Shown here: piece by piece, positions 9,739 through 19,067 of the stretch | Numbering within the stretch: position 1 is the stretch's first letter | Layout of the letters: each line of letters starts with the position of its first letter | Assembly: GCA_963676915.2 (NCBI GenBank) | Contig: CAXXVK010000062.1 | Coordinates: forward strand, 1-64,000 | From: Myxococcota bacterium | GTDB lineage: Bacteria; Myxococcota_A; SURF-8; G963663525 | Direction of reading: 5' to 3' | DNA length: 64,000 bases | Position numbers and translations under genes: made by a program | Notes under the pieces: model-generated | Databases searched by the model: none | The model's input: only the letters and a program-made list of their open reading frames with translations | Told to the model about the DNA's origin: nothing

Positions 9739-12700
9739 ATGAATTCACATCTGTTTCAAAAAGCAACCCTTTGTAAAGGACTGTTTTTCGTGCTGGTTTG
9801 CATTGGGATGATGGTGGCTTGTGGCGGTGAAGATGTGTCTTCAATCACCGGCGACCAGGACGAAAGTTCCCATGCCGACGAAGACGAGCCGGAAGATTCT
9901 ACCAGATTGTGCTCAAACGACGACATGTGCCGTGAAGGAACGGTTTGCGTCGAGGGTCATTGTGTCACACCGGCAGATGAAGACGAGGTGGTTTACCCCG
10001 GAGAAATCAACGTCGCCCAACTTCTGGTGTTCGGCTACGTCAACAAGGGATCGTTCGAGGAACGTGATTTGACCGTGAAAAATACCGGGGCCGGGAGTCT
10101 ACGCCTGACAAAAGTTGTATTAAGTCCTGAAACAAGTGAAGAATTCGTATTGATGTCCGTTTCGGACATCAACGAAACCATCCGCCCAGGAGAAAAAAGC
10201 GTTTTTACCGTTGGATACGCTCCTAGAGATTTCGGTCCGGATAATGGAACCCTGACGATTCACTGCACGGACCCCGATTATCCTGTTGTCAATGTTGCAT
10301 TGCGTGCTGAATACGGCGGGATTCCCGATATTGTGCTGTTTGTCGATGGCGAACAAGTTCAGTCGTCTGAAGAAGCACGGCTAGACTTTGGAACACTTCC
10401 GTTCAACGATCCCGAACATAGCGTCGAAAAATGCTTTGTCGTGAAAAATGTTGCGAAAAACGAGGAAACCAATCAAGCGATTCGTATTGATGACGTGTAC
10501 CTTGCAACTGAGCCAAATCCTGACTTTTGGATCGTAGAACGTCCCGAATTTCCACAGTTTCTGGTTCCGGGCAGTGAGTTGGAACTCTGTGCCGGATTCA
10601 GTCCCACGCAAATGGGAGAACATGAGGAACAGCTGATTATCGTCAATGACGACCCGGACCTGCAAGACCAGAGAAAAGTGGTTACACTGATGGGATCTGC
10701 AGGAGTGCCACAGATCAGCGTGTACCCGGAGGTCATCGATTTCGGCGAGCGCTCCACCAACCGGGATCACAAAATTCCGGTGGACATTGCCAATACCGGG
10801 ATGGCCAAATTGACGATTTCGGAGATTCGCACGCAAAGCGAGTACAATGACACGTTTTATATCAGTCCCAGCACGTTTCCTCCGATTCCAGCGACCGGTT
10901 TGGAAGTAGAAGCGGATGATCGAGTACCGATCGAGATCGTTTTCCGTCCGTTGAACGAAACGGACTACCAAAGCCAACTGGTTGTGGAGTCCGACGACCC
11001 CGAGAACCCTGTTTTCCGAGTTCCGATAACCGGGCGGGGGATTTTCAGTCGTTTGTCGTATGAACCGTCCACGCTCGATTTTGGAGAGGTGCTGGTTGGC
11101 GGGGCAAAGACGAAGACGATCGAGGTTTCCAATCTCGCGGACTTTCCCACCACGATTTCCGAATTTATCGTGCCGGACAATTGCTTTTTCTCGTTAGGCG
11201 ATCAAACGACGCTGCCTTTGGTTTTGCAATCGCAACAGCAGCGGTTGGTGTACCTCGAATACGCCCCCCAGGAAATCGGTAGTCACCAGGTGCAGGTGGA
11301 AATTCGAACGCAGGACGGTGCGCCCACTCCGACATTGACGCTGAGTGGTCGGGGGATCAAGCCGGAATTGTATATCGACCCTGTAGGACCGGAACTCGAT
11401 TTCGGACAAGTCACGCAAAACCGGACCCGGCACATGACGATGACGTTTTACAACTTCGGGGATACGGCGCTGGAGGTTACGTCGATTACGATTTCCAATC
11501 AAGATCCCCCGGTTCAAGCCAACGAAGTACCTGCGTTTTTCGTCAACGATTCGTCCCGCCGGGATCTGGCGTTTTCCGTTCCGGCCAATGACCAGCACTC
11601 GATCACCGTGTCATTCCAACCCGAGAAAAAAGTGCCATACACCGCAGATATGCTTATCGAAACGAACGATGCTACGCAACCGACGATTGCATACCACCTC
11701 GCTGGAGAAGGCATTTCTCCGAGTATGCATCTGAGCCGGTACAGTGCTACCGAAGATCCAGCCACCATACAGCCGGGAAGTCTCCTGCGGTTTATCAGCT
11801 GCGAAACCGATAGAACCTGTGCGCCGGTATATCTGTTGATCGAAAATGCGGCGGATGGAGAACTGATCGTCGAAGAATTGCTGCTGAATTCCTATGATGC
11901 CTTTAAAATTCGTTCGATGCGTACGTTGCCGGACGGTGAGGTTTTCGACACCATTCACGATGCTCTGCCGGTATCCATTTGGGGCGAAGGTGGCGGCGAG
12001 GTTCAGGGGTTGGAGTTGGAATTGACGATGACGCCCTACGATCAGCGGTTGTTTCTGACCCGGATGACGATCAAAAGCAACGATATCGACCACCCGGAAA
12101 TCTACCTGGATTTGCAGGGTGAGGGGGTCGTTTGCCAGGGCGGAATGATGGACTGCGACCTGAACGAAGCCGGGTGCGACACGTACGTTGTCAACGATAT
12201 CAACAATTGCGGAAGTTGCGGGTATCTCTGCGAGGAAAACGCCGGATTTCCCCATGTCGAAAGTTACTACTGTCTTGAGGGAGAATGCCAGGCCAGCCAA
12301 TGCGAATCGGGTTGGGGGGATTGTCAGGATGGTGAAGGTTACGAAGGTTGTGAAACCAACGTAAGCCAAGATCCATACAATTGCGGAAGTTGTCGCTACA
12401 ACTGTTCAAGTTACGACCACCGGCTGCCGAATGTTGCCACCCACGGGTGTACTGAAGGAGTTTGCATCCCGATGGCTTGCGAAGAGGATTGGGGTGATTG
12501 CTTGAATGGAGAGGGATTTGAAGGCTGCGAAACCAATATAGCCGATACTGTAGAACATTGTGGGTATTGCTATTTCGATTGTGACGAGGAGTATTCCGAC
12601 TGGTCCAACGTGGTGGGATTCGGATGTTTCGAGGGACAGTGCAGAGCGTCCCAATGTCTGGAAGGATACGGCGATTGCTTGGATGGAGACGGCTACGAAG

Positions 12701-15700
12701 GCTGTGAAACCGATCTTCGTGCCAACGTCGAACGTTGCGGAGGCTGCGAAATCAACTGCAACCTGCTGCCTCATGTGCTGTACAATTACGAAAACCCCGA
12801 TATTGATGGTGCACAGTGCGTAGATGGCCAATGCGTGGATCTACTCTGCGAAGAGGGTTGGGGAGATTGTTTCCCCGACGACGAGACTTCCGAATCGGGA
12901 GAAGGCGAAGACATCGCCGGATGTGAAACGAATCTTTCGGGAACCATCGATCACTGCGGGATCTGCGATTACTCCTGCAATGCAACGGAAAATCGGCTTC
13001 CCCACACCGAAACCTATCGTTGTATGGAAGGGGAATGTCGATCTTATGCCTGTGAAGCAGGTTGGGCCGATTGTCAGGAAGGGGAAGATCCCGATACGGG
13101 TGAAAGCTACGCAGGGTGCGAAGCATCGATTCTCGACGATGTAGACAATTGCGGAAGCTGCGAGCGGGTTTGCGACCTTCCGCATGTTACGGAGCATATC
13201 TGTACCCAGGGAAGCTGCGGGATCGTTTCCTGTGAAGAGGGTTGGGATGATTGTTTCGTGGCGGAGGAGGGCTGTGAAACGAATACGGCCACGGATATCG
13301 ACCATTGCGGAGCCTGCAACTCCCGCTGCCAGCCTCCGCAAAGCCAGTGGAGCGAGTACAAAATAGCGAATCTGCGCTGTACGGAAGGGGATTGCGAACT
13401 GGTATGTATGATTGGCTACGAAGATTGCGACCCGGACGAACTTGGCTGCGAAAACGTCGGCATGGGTGTGGGAGCAATCGAGCGTTGCGGAAGCTGCGAA
13501 AACGATTGTACCGCCAAGGGTTGGCAACATGTTTCCGACTACAAGTGCAATATCTGTATGGGGATGGATTATTCGGATTGCCGGGGGTACTGCGTTGAGC
13601 AGGGAACGTTGAATTTCAACGAATCGGGCGAAGAAGTTCATGAGTGCTATTACTGTAGCATCATGACTTGTGAAACAGGATATGCCGATTGCAACGACAG
13701 TTCCCAGGATGGCTGCGAAACGAATATTTTCGCCGATGCCAACGCCGATCCGGAAAACTGCGGACAATGCGGAAATCATTGCGAATTACCCCAAACTTCC
13801 ACTTATCTCTGCGTAGAGGGCGTATGCGAGCCTTTGGATTGTGATGATGGCTACGGGCATTGCGACGAATGGACCAACAATGGCTGCGAAGTGGATTTGA
13901 ATACCAATCCCGATCATTGCGGAAGCTGCAATCATCGCTGTAACGACCTGGGATGGGCTGATGTCCAAAGTTATAACTGCATCGGGGGAGACTGCGAAAT
14001 TGCTTCTTGCAACACCAATTTCAGGGACTGCGACGGTCAGTTTGCGACCGGTTGTGAAACCGATATTTCCACAAGCTCGGATGGTTCCAACTGCGGAGCC
14101 TGCGACGACCATTGTTCCGAAAGAGTTTGGAATTGCGGGGAAAACTGCCACGTCGAAAGCTATCGCTGTTCGTACACCGAATGCCTTATCGATAGCTGCG
14201 AGGATGGTTACCGCGATTGTGACGGTTTGGCGGGCAACGGTTGCGAAGTGGATCTTTCGGACCCCTATACGTGCGGAGGATGTGTAGGCGAAGCGACCCG
14301 TAAAAACTGTACGACGCTCAACTGGGCGCATGTCCAGACCTACGGATGCTATCTCGATACAGACACCCAAAGCTATGAATGCCAGATCGATACGTGCAGT
14401 AGTGGTTGGGGAAACTGTGACGACAACAAAATCACCGGTTGCGAAATCAACATCAACATCAATACGAACCACTGCGGTCGTTGCGATCACGCCTGCACCG
14501 TGGATGGTTCGGCACTGTTCGAATGCATCGACGGCGTTTGCGCTTTTGAAGAATGCCTGCCGCCCTGGGACGAATGCGAGTCGGGCGACGAGATTTTATG
14601 CGAAAGCAATTTGCGGGAAAATATTCATCACTGCGGTGGTTGCGAGAACGATTGCACCGATCAGCCCTGCGGGGACCAATGTCATGTGGCGATGTTTGCC
14701 TGCGATGGAATCATGGAAGATCCCACAAGCGAAACCGCCAAATGCTACATTCCGGAAAACGGTTGTGAAGAGGGGTACGGAAACTGTGACCGGATAGGGT
14801 CGTTCGACGATCTGGCAAACCTTACTGCCGGGATAGAGAACGGTTGCGAACGCAATCTCGTGCAAAACAACGACGGTTTGCATTGTGGCGAGTGTGGAAA
14901 CGATTGCAGCGACATGAATTGGACTCAAGTATCCGAGTATCGTTGCGAAGCTTCTTCATGCAAAATCAAAACGTGTGCGGGAACTTACAATGATTGCAAT
15001 GAGGTGGATGCCGATGGTTGTGAAATCGACATCGCGACGAATACGAGCCATTGCGGAGAGTGCGATCACGTCTGTGATCTACCTCAAACCTACGAAAAAT
15101 GTGCGGGCGGAATCTGTAAAGTCGATACCTGTCACTACGGTTACGAGAATTGCAACAACACGGATAGCGATGGTTGCGAAATCAACTTGTTGACCGATGT
15201 AACTCGTTGTGGCTCCTGCGGAAACAATTGCACTGCAAAAGGTTGGCCGAATGTCGCAACCTATCGTTGTGCCGGAGGAACCTGCGCAATCGATACTTGC
15301 AAAACAGGGTGGAAGGATTGCAACGGGGTTCCCACGGACGGTTGTGAAAAGCACATCGCGGTGGATGTCGACAACTGCGGAGAGTGCGGAGAGGTTTGCT
15401 CGTTTGCCCATTCAACGCCGGTCTGCCAGGACTATGTTTGCCATATTTCGTCTTGTGACGGTGGGTGGGGAGATTGTAACGACAACGAAAGCGACGGTTG
15501 TGAAACGTATGTTTCTTCCAATATTTACCATTGCGGAACGTGCAATACTGTTTGTTCGTACGACCATGCCTCATCCATTTGCACAAGCGGAAATTGCTAT
15601 ATGGGTACTTGCGATAGCGGTTGGGGAAATTGTGAAAATGGCACTGCCGATGGTTGCGAAACGAATTTGCGGGATAGCGACGACGGAACGCATTGTGGCG

Positions 15701-16557
15701 GTTGCAATTTCGATTGCAGTTCATTGGTGTGGGATAACGTGGCCGGTTACGTTTGTGAGGAGGGAACCTGCGCGATCGGCGAATGTGATCCGGGATATAA
15801 AGACTGCGATGGAAACCCGAATAATGGCTGTGAAATCAATATTCTGACGGATGAAAACCATTGCGGAGACTGCAACGAATCCTGTTCGTATTCAAACGCC
15901 GTGACGAATTGCGATGGCGGAACCTGCATGATGGATCATTGTGTCGATTCCTATGCCGATTGCAATGACGATTTGATCTCAGACGGTTGTGAAGCGGATC
16001 TTTCAAGTGACACAAGCCACTGTGGAGCGTGCGACGATTTATGTTCCCTCGAAACGAAACCGTATGCGACAGGAGTTGAATGCAGTGCCGACAATTGTGA
16101 AGATCCGGGATGCTGCCATGCCACCGGCTGCGAATCTCCACTGGAATTGCAAGCGGGAAGCTGTGTTTGTGTGGGAACGGGAACTTGTTCCTGCGACGAC
16201 AGCGAACTGGACAATCGTTGGCAGGACGCCGTGGAATTGTCGCCGGGCCAGCCTTTCGAATCTCGTAGCATCTGCCCGATTGGGGACAAAGACTGGTTCA
16301 GTTTCGTGCTGGACGGTACGTATTTCGTAAAAATCGATCTCAAGTTGAATACGGGTTTGGATCTGGAAATGAAGCTGTACAACGACCCAGAGGGTGACGT
16401 TGTTTCTTCGCATACCTATACCGGAAGCGATGGTGTGACCTTGGAATGGATGGTCGATAGCAGCCTGCCCGCCGGAACTTACTATCTGTTTGGGAAGAAC
16501 GCGAACCTCCCACCGTCTTCGATTGAGGAATACAAAGTAAGGATACAGCTGTTTTGA
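9739..16557 (+). CDS. Giant surface lipoprotein: ~6 ASH/choice-of-anchor-D Ig-like domains, ~22 Cys-rich repeats, C-terminal PPC-like domain
   Basis: Lipobox MVAC-GG; repeated LDFG...N.G...L.I...I.SNDP modules; DC....GCE.....[NH]CGxC repeats at ~12130-16200; C-terminal ICP.GDKDWFSF. Confidence 0.8.
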   Translation: MNSHLFQKATLCKGLFFVLVCIGMMVACGGEDVSSITGDQDESSHADEDEPEDSTRLCSNDDMCREGTVCVEGHCVTPADEDEVVYPGEINVAQLLVFGYVNKGSFEERDLTVKNTGAGSLRLTKVVLSPETSEEFVLMSVSDINETIRPGEKSVFTVGYAPRDFGPDNGTLTIHCTDPDYPVVNVALRAEYGGIPDIVLFVDGEQVQSSEEARLDFGTLPFNDPEHSVEKCFVVKNVAKNEETNQAIRIDDVYLATEPNPDFWIVERPEFPQFLVPGSELELCAGFSPTQMGEHEEQLIIVNDDPDLQDQRKVVTLMGSAGVPQISVYPEVIDFGERSTNRDHKIPVDIANTGMAKLTISEIRTQSEYNDTFYISPSTFPPIPATGLEVEADDRVPIEIVFRPLNETDYQSQLVVESDDPENPVFRVPITGRGIFSRLSYEPSTLDFGEVLVGGAKTKTIEVSNLADFPTTISEFIVPDNCFFSLGDQTTLPLVLQSQQQRLVYLEYAPQEIGSHQVQVEIRTQDGAPTPTLTLSGRGIKPELYIDPVGPELDFGQVTQNRTRHMTMTFYNFGDTALEVTSITISNQDPPVQANEVPAFFVNDSSRRDLAFSVPANDQHSITVSFQPEKKVPYTADMLIETNDATQPTIAYHLAGEGISPSMHLSRYSATEDPATIQPGSLLRFISCETDRTCAPVYLLIENAADGELIVEELLLNSYDAFKIRSMRTLPDGEVFDTIHDALPVSIWGEGGGEVQGLELELTMTPYDQRLFLTRMTIKSNDIDHPEIYLDLQGEGVVCQGGMMDCDLNEAGCDTYVVNDINNCGSCGYLCEENAGFPHVESYYCLEGECQASQCESGWGDCQDGEGYEGCETNVSQDPYNCGSCRYNCSSYDHRLPNVATHGCTEGVCIPMACEEDWGDCLNGEGFEGCETNIADTVEHCGYCYFDCDEEYSDWSNVVGFGCFEGQCRASQCLEGYGDCLDGDGYEGCETDLRANVERCGGCEINCNLLPHVLYNYENPDIDGAQCVDGQCVDLLCEEGWGDCFPDDETSESGEGEDIAGCETNLSGTIDHCGICDYSCNATENRLPHTETYRCMEGECRSYACEAGWADCQEGEDPDTGESYAGCEASILDDVDNCGSCERVCDLPHVTEHICTQGSCGIVSCEEGWDDCFVAEEGCETNTATDIDHCGACNSRCQPPQSQWSEYKIANLRCTEGDCELVCMIGYEDCDPDELGCENVGMGVGAIERCGSCENDCTAKGWQHVSDYKCNICMGMDYSDCRGYCVEQGTLNFNESGEEVHECYYCSIMTCETGYADCNDSSQDGCETNIFADANADPENCGQCGNHCELPQTSTYLCVEGVCEPLDCDDGYGHCDEWTNNGCEVDLNTNPDHCGSCNHRCNDLGWADVQSYNCIGGDCEIASCNTNFRDCDGQFATGCETDISTSSDGSNCGACDDHCSERVWNCGENCHVESYRCSYTECLIDSCEDGYRDCDGLAGNGCEVDLSDPYTCGGCVGEATRKNCTTLNWAHVQTYGCYLDTDTQSYECQIDTCSSGWGNCDDNKITGCEINININTNHCGRCDHACTVDGSALFECIDGVCAFEECLPPWDECESGDEILCESNLRENIHHCGGCENDCTDQPCGDQCHVAMFACDGIMEDPTSETAKCYIPENGCEEGYGNCDRIGSFDDLANLTAGIENGCERNLVQNNDGLHCGECGNDCSDMNWTQVSEYRCEASSCKIKTCAGTYNDCNEVDADGCEIDIATNTSHCGECDHVCDLPQTYEKCAGGICKVDTCHYGYENCNNTDSDGCEINLLTDVTRCGSCGNNCTAKGWPNVATYRCAGGTCAIDTCKTGWKDCNGVPTDGCEKHIAVDVDNCGECGEVCSFAHSTPVCQDYVCHISSCDGGWGDCNDNESDGCETYVSSNIYHCGTCNTVCSYDHASSICTSGNCYMGTCDSGWGNCENGTADGCETNLRDSDDGTHCGGCNFDCSSLVWDNVAGYVCEEGTCAIGECDPGYKDCDGNPNNGCEINILTDENHCGDCNESCSYSNAVTNCDGGTCMMDHCVDSYADCNDDLISDGCEADLSSDTSHCGACDDLCSLETKPYATGVECSADNCEDPGCCHATGCESPLELQAGSCVCVGTGTCSCDDSELDNRWQDAVELSPGQPFESRSICPIGDKDWFSFVLDGTYFVKIDLKLNTGLDLEMKLYNDPEGDVVSSHTYTGSDGVTLEWMVDSSLPAGTYYLFGKNANLPPSSIEEYKVRIQLF

Positions 16558-16563
16558 TAAAAA

Positions 16564-16601
16564 AAAGCGCCGATTCGGCTTGATTCCCGAGTCGGCGCTT
16601 T
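16564..16601. terminator. Probable bidirectional intrinsic terminator
   Basis: AAAGCGCCGATTCGG...CCGAGTCGGCGCTTT hairpin between convergent genes, A-run on the left. Confidence 0.7.
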
Positions 16602-16626
16602 GGATTCCCGATGATTCGAATGTTTG

Positions 16627-17124
16627 CTAGAAAGCGATTTCGAGCGGCATTTCGGCTTTTTCTCCCGTTTCCGAGATAAGTTCGAGAGTTAGGTTGTGGT
16701 CATCGAACGTTACGGCGTTCAAGTCGATCCCGATGTTTTGTTCCGGGGAGCCTTCCTCCATCAAAACTGCGGAATCACTCGCAAGGACGACTCCGTGCGA
16801 ATCGACAAGCCGTAACTCGTACGCTCCTTGAATGTTGGAGGGAAGCGTCACGTTGATGTGGCCATCCTTCGGAACCAGATAGGACGCCCTTTTTCCACCA
16901 CCGCGATAGATCGCACCGTTGCCGAAATCGACGGCCAAGGCTACGATTCCGGGGATCAGTCCGGGAATCAGCCAGAGGATGTCGAATACAAGGTTCGTTG
17001 TGTCGATTTCACCTTGCGAATTGCCCCGTTGTTCGGGCTTGAGAATGTACGCACAATTCGACAGGCTCAACGAAAACGACAGCAGAATAGCCAAGGTTAC
17101 GATGCGGATGCTTGATTTTTTCAT
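16627..17124 (-). CDS. Conserved hypothetical membrane lipoprotein
   Basis: Signal peptide with LSNC lipobox; hydrophobic hairpin DILWLIPGLIPGIVALAVDFGNGAIY; AAGGA RBS. Confidence 0.7.
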   Translation of the reverse strand: MKKSSIRIVTLAILLSFSLSLSNCAYILKPEQRGNSQGEIDTTNLVFDILWLIPGLIPGIVALAVDFGNGAIYRGGGKRASYLVPKDGHINVTLPSNIQGAYELRLVDSHGVVLASDSAVLMEEGSPEQNIGIDLNAVTFDDHNLTLELISETGEKAEMPLEIAF

Positions 17125-17409
17125 AGATTTTTCCTTTCGAAAAAGTTCACCCCTCACAGAATTAAATCAAGAGATACCAGTTAAGGTCAGTTGATGACAG
17201 TATAAGGCAATTGACGAAAAAGTCCATCGTTGATTTGTAAACGACGGAATTGCGCTTTATCGAAAAACACCTGTTTTCCAGAATGGAACGAAAGGAAATA
17301 GTTTTTTGTAAAGTTTTCCGAAAAAGCTCCACTTTCAGCGGAAAAGAACTGTTGTGAAACAGCCTTAAGCGATACACTAAGAATGATTTCATGAAAGAAT
17401 AAATATATT

Positions 17410-17438
17410 ACAACCCAACGGACGGCTTTTTGCGTATA
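17410..17438 (+). promoter_or_regulatory. Putative ECF sigma promoter (autoregulatory)
   Basis: ACAACCCA-N15-CGTATA just upstream of the sigma RBS; identical boxes and spacing at 21422-21450. Confidence 0.7.
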
Positions 17439-17460
17439 GGTGTATCGAAAGGAGAAAAAG

Positions 17461-18150
17461 GTGACGATTTTTCAGGACAACCGGACGTTATTGAAGGCGT
17501 TTCGAGAGGGACAACCGGAAGCCGTCGCAGAAGTCTTTCAAACGTATGTGCATGATATTTCATCGTTTCTTCAGCGTGGCTTCGTGTTTTCCTCCTCCGG
17601 GCGCTCCTGTCGTTTCGAAGGGTATCGGGATTCCTTCGAGCTTCAGGATGCCGTACAGGAGATTTTCGTCAAGGCGTTTTCGGAACGTGCTCGGATGCAG
17701 TACGACGGACTGAGAAGCTACAAGTCCTACCTGCTTGGTATCGCAAAGAATTTCGTCATCGATGAGTACCGCAAGGTCGAGTCCAAAATGCGTTGGTACC
17801 ATCTGGAAGACTCCGAAGCTACGGTGAACGAGGCATCCGAATGGAAAGCATCAGAACCGGAAACGGAGACCCGGCTGGAATCCGACGAGTTGGGGAAGTT
17901 GATCCAAGGGTTTGTCGCCTCATTGGGGCGCGACGAACGCAAGGTTTTCGATGCCAGGTTTACCCGTGGATTAAGCCAGAGAAACGCTGCTGAGGATGTG
18001 GGAATAACCCGCATGAAACTGCGGTTGATCGAATACAGAATACGATCCAAAGCTTTGAAATTCTTTAAAAATACCGGATATTTGCCCAACGGACTTCACA
18101 TGGATGACAGCACGTTGGGACTGTTGCTTTTGTGTTTGGGGTGCGGCTGA
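17461..18150 (+). CDS. ECF RNA polymerase sigma factor
   Basis: Region 2 DAVQEIFVKAF...YKSYLLGIAKNFVIDEYRK; region 4 ERKVFDARFTRGLSQRNAAEDVGITR; GTG start after AAGGAG. Confidence 0.88.
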   Translation: MTIFQDNRTLLKAFREGQPEAVAEVFQTYVHDISSFLQRGFVFSSSGRSCRFEGYRDSFELQDAVQEIFVKAFSERARMQYDGLRSYKSYLLGIAKNFVIDEYRKVESKMRWYHLEDSEATVNEASEWKASEPETETRLESDELGKLIQGFVASLGRDERKVFDARFTRGLSQRNAAEDVGITRMKLRLIEYRIRSKALKFFKNTGYLPNGLHMDDSTLGLLLLCLGCG

Positions 18151-19067
18151 TGAATTCTTCGTTGAAACGAGCGGAAAAGATGTTTCTCGGGCGCATGTCT
18201 GCTCGTGAAATGAGGACGTTTTTCGAGGATTGCCGCGAAGATCGTCTGCTTCGAAATCGATGGAAACGGCTAAGAAATTTCGAAACGCGCCTGTGTGGCC
18301 GAGAAAATTCTGAGAACCTCACTCATTTCGATACCGAAAGAATGGAAAAAATAGTTCTGCAACGTTCGGGAATACAGCATGAAACCTCGCGTTCATGGAC
18401 TGATGTTTTTGAGATGTTGAGGGGTGATTTCCAAAAAGCGGCCACGGCGCTTGGGGTATTGGCGGTCGGCCTGGTCGTTTGGTTGACGATTCCAGAACCC
18501 ACTGATATTCCAGGAGAATATCCCGTGATTCCTCCAAGCGAATTTCGTGCGAAGGGAGGCGAGACATTCGGCGACGCGGCGTTATATGCCTTTTGCTGGG
18601 ATCGAGAAGAAAATCAGTTACGGCGGATTATCGATTTTTCCTATGCAGATACCGAAAAAGAAAGTGAATGTAACTTGACCGATTCCCTTCAATTCGCCTA
18701 TGCTAACCACAGCGCACAATATAATTATGTATACGTTTTGGGTTGGAACGAAAACGGGGAACGAACGTGGTACTATCCACGACCTTCTGATGACGCAAGC
18801 AAGGAAATAAAAACGCAGGTTGAACCTCAAGCGTGGGAGCAAAGCATTTTCCTTGAGGTCAATCATCGGGAGGGAAGGCATACGATTGCCGCATTGTTCT
18901 CCGAAAAAGCGCTTACGACAGAAGAAGTAAGTAAGGCTTTTGCTGGTATTTCACGAAGTCGCCAAGATCCAATGGAGTGGCCTTCGTTGAAAATTGAGGG
19001 AACAAACGTAATCGAGCAGAGAATTCGATTCAACATTCGTAACGAAGACGAACGGGAAGAACGATGA
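18150..19067 (+). CDS. Putative membrane anti-sigma factor with exported beta-rich (DUF4384-like) domain
   Basis: TGATG coupling to the sigma gene; ~100-aa N-terminal domain, single TM (ATALGVLAVGLVVWLTI), FRAKGG motif, then YVYVLG.NENG..TWYYP...ALFSEK domain. Confidence 0.65.
   Translation: MNSSLKRAEKMFLGRMSAREMRTFFEDCREDRLLRNRWKRLRNFETRLCGRENSENLTHFDTERMEKIVLQRSGIQHETSRSWTDVFEMLRGDFQKAATALGVLAVGLVVWLTIPEPTDIPGEYPVIPPSEFRAKGGETFGDAALYAFCWDREENQLRRIIDFSYADTEKESECNLTDSLQFAYANHSAQYNYVYVLGWNENGERTWYYPRPSDDASKEIKTQVEPQAWEQSIFLEVNHREGRHTIAALFSEKALTTEEVSKAFAGISRSRQDPMEWPSLKIEGTNVIEQRIRFNIRNEDEREER

Noticed and set aside
12130-16200. Possible multiheme cytochrome (many Cys and His)
   Set aside because: Motifs are HCGxC or CxxxCH rather than repeated CxxCH; the pattern fits disulfide repeats
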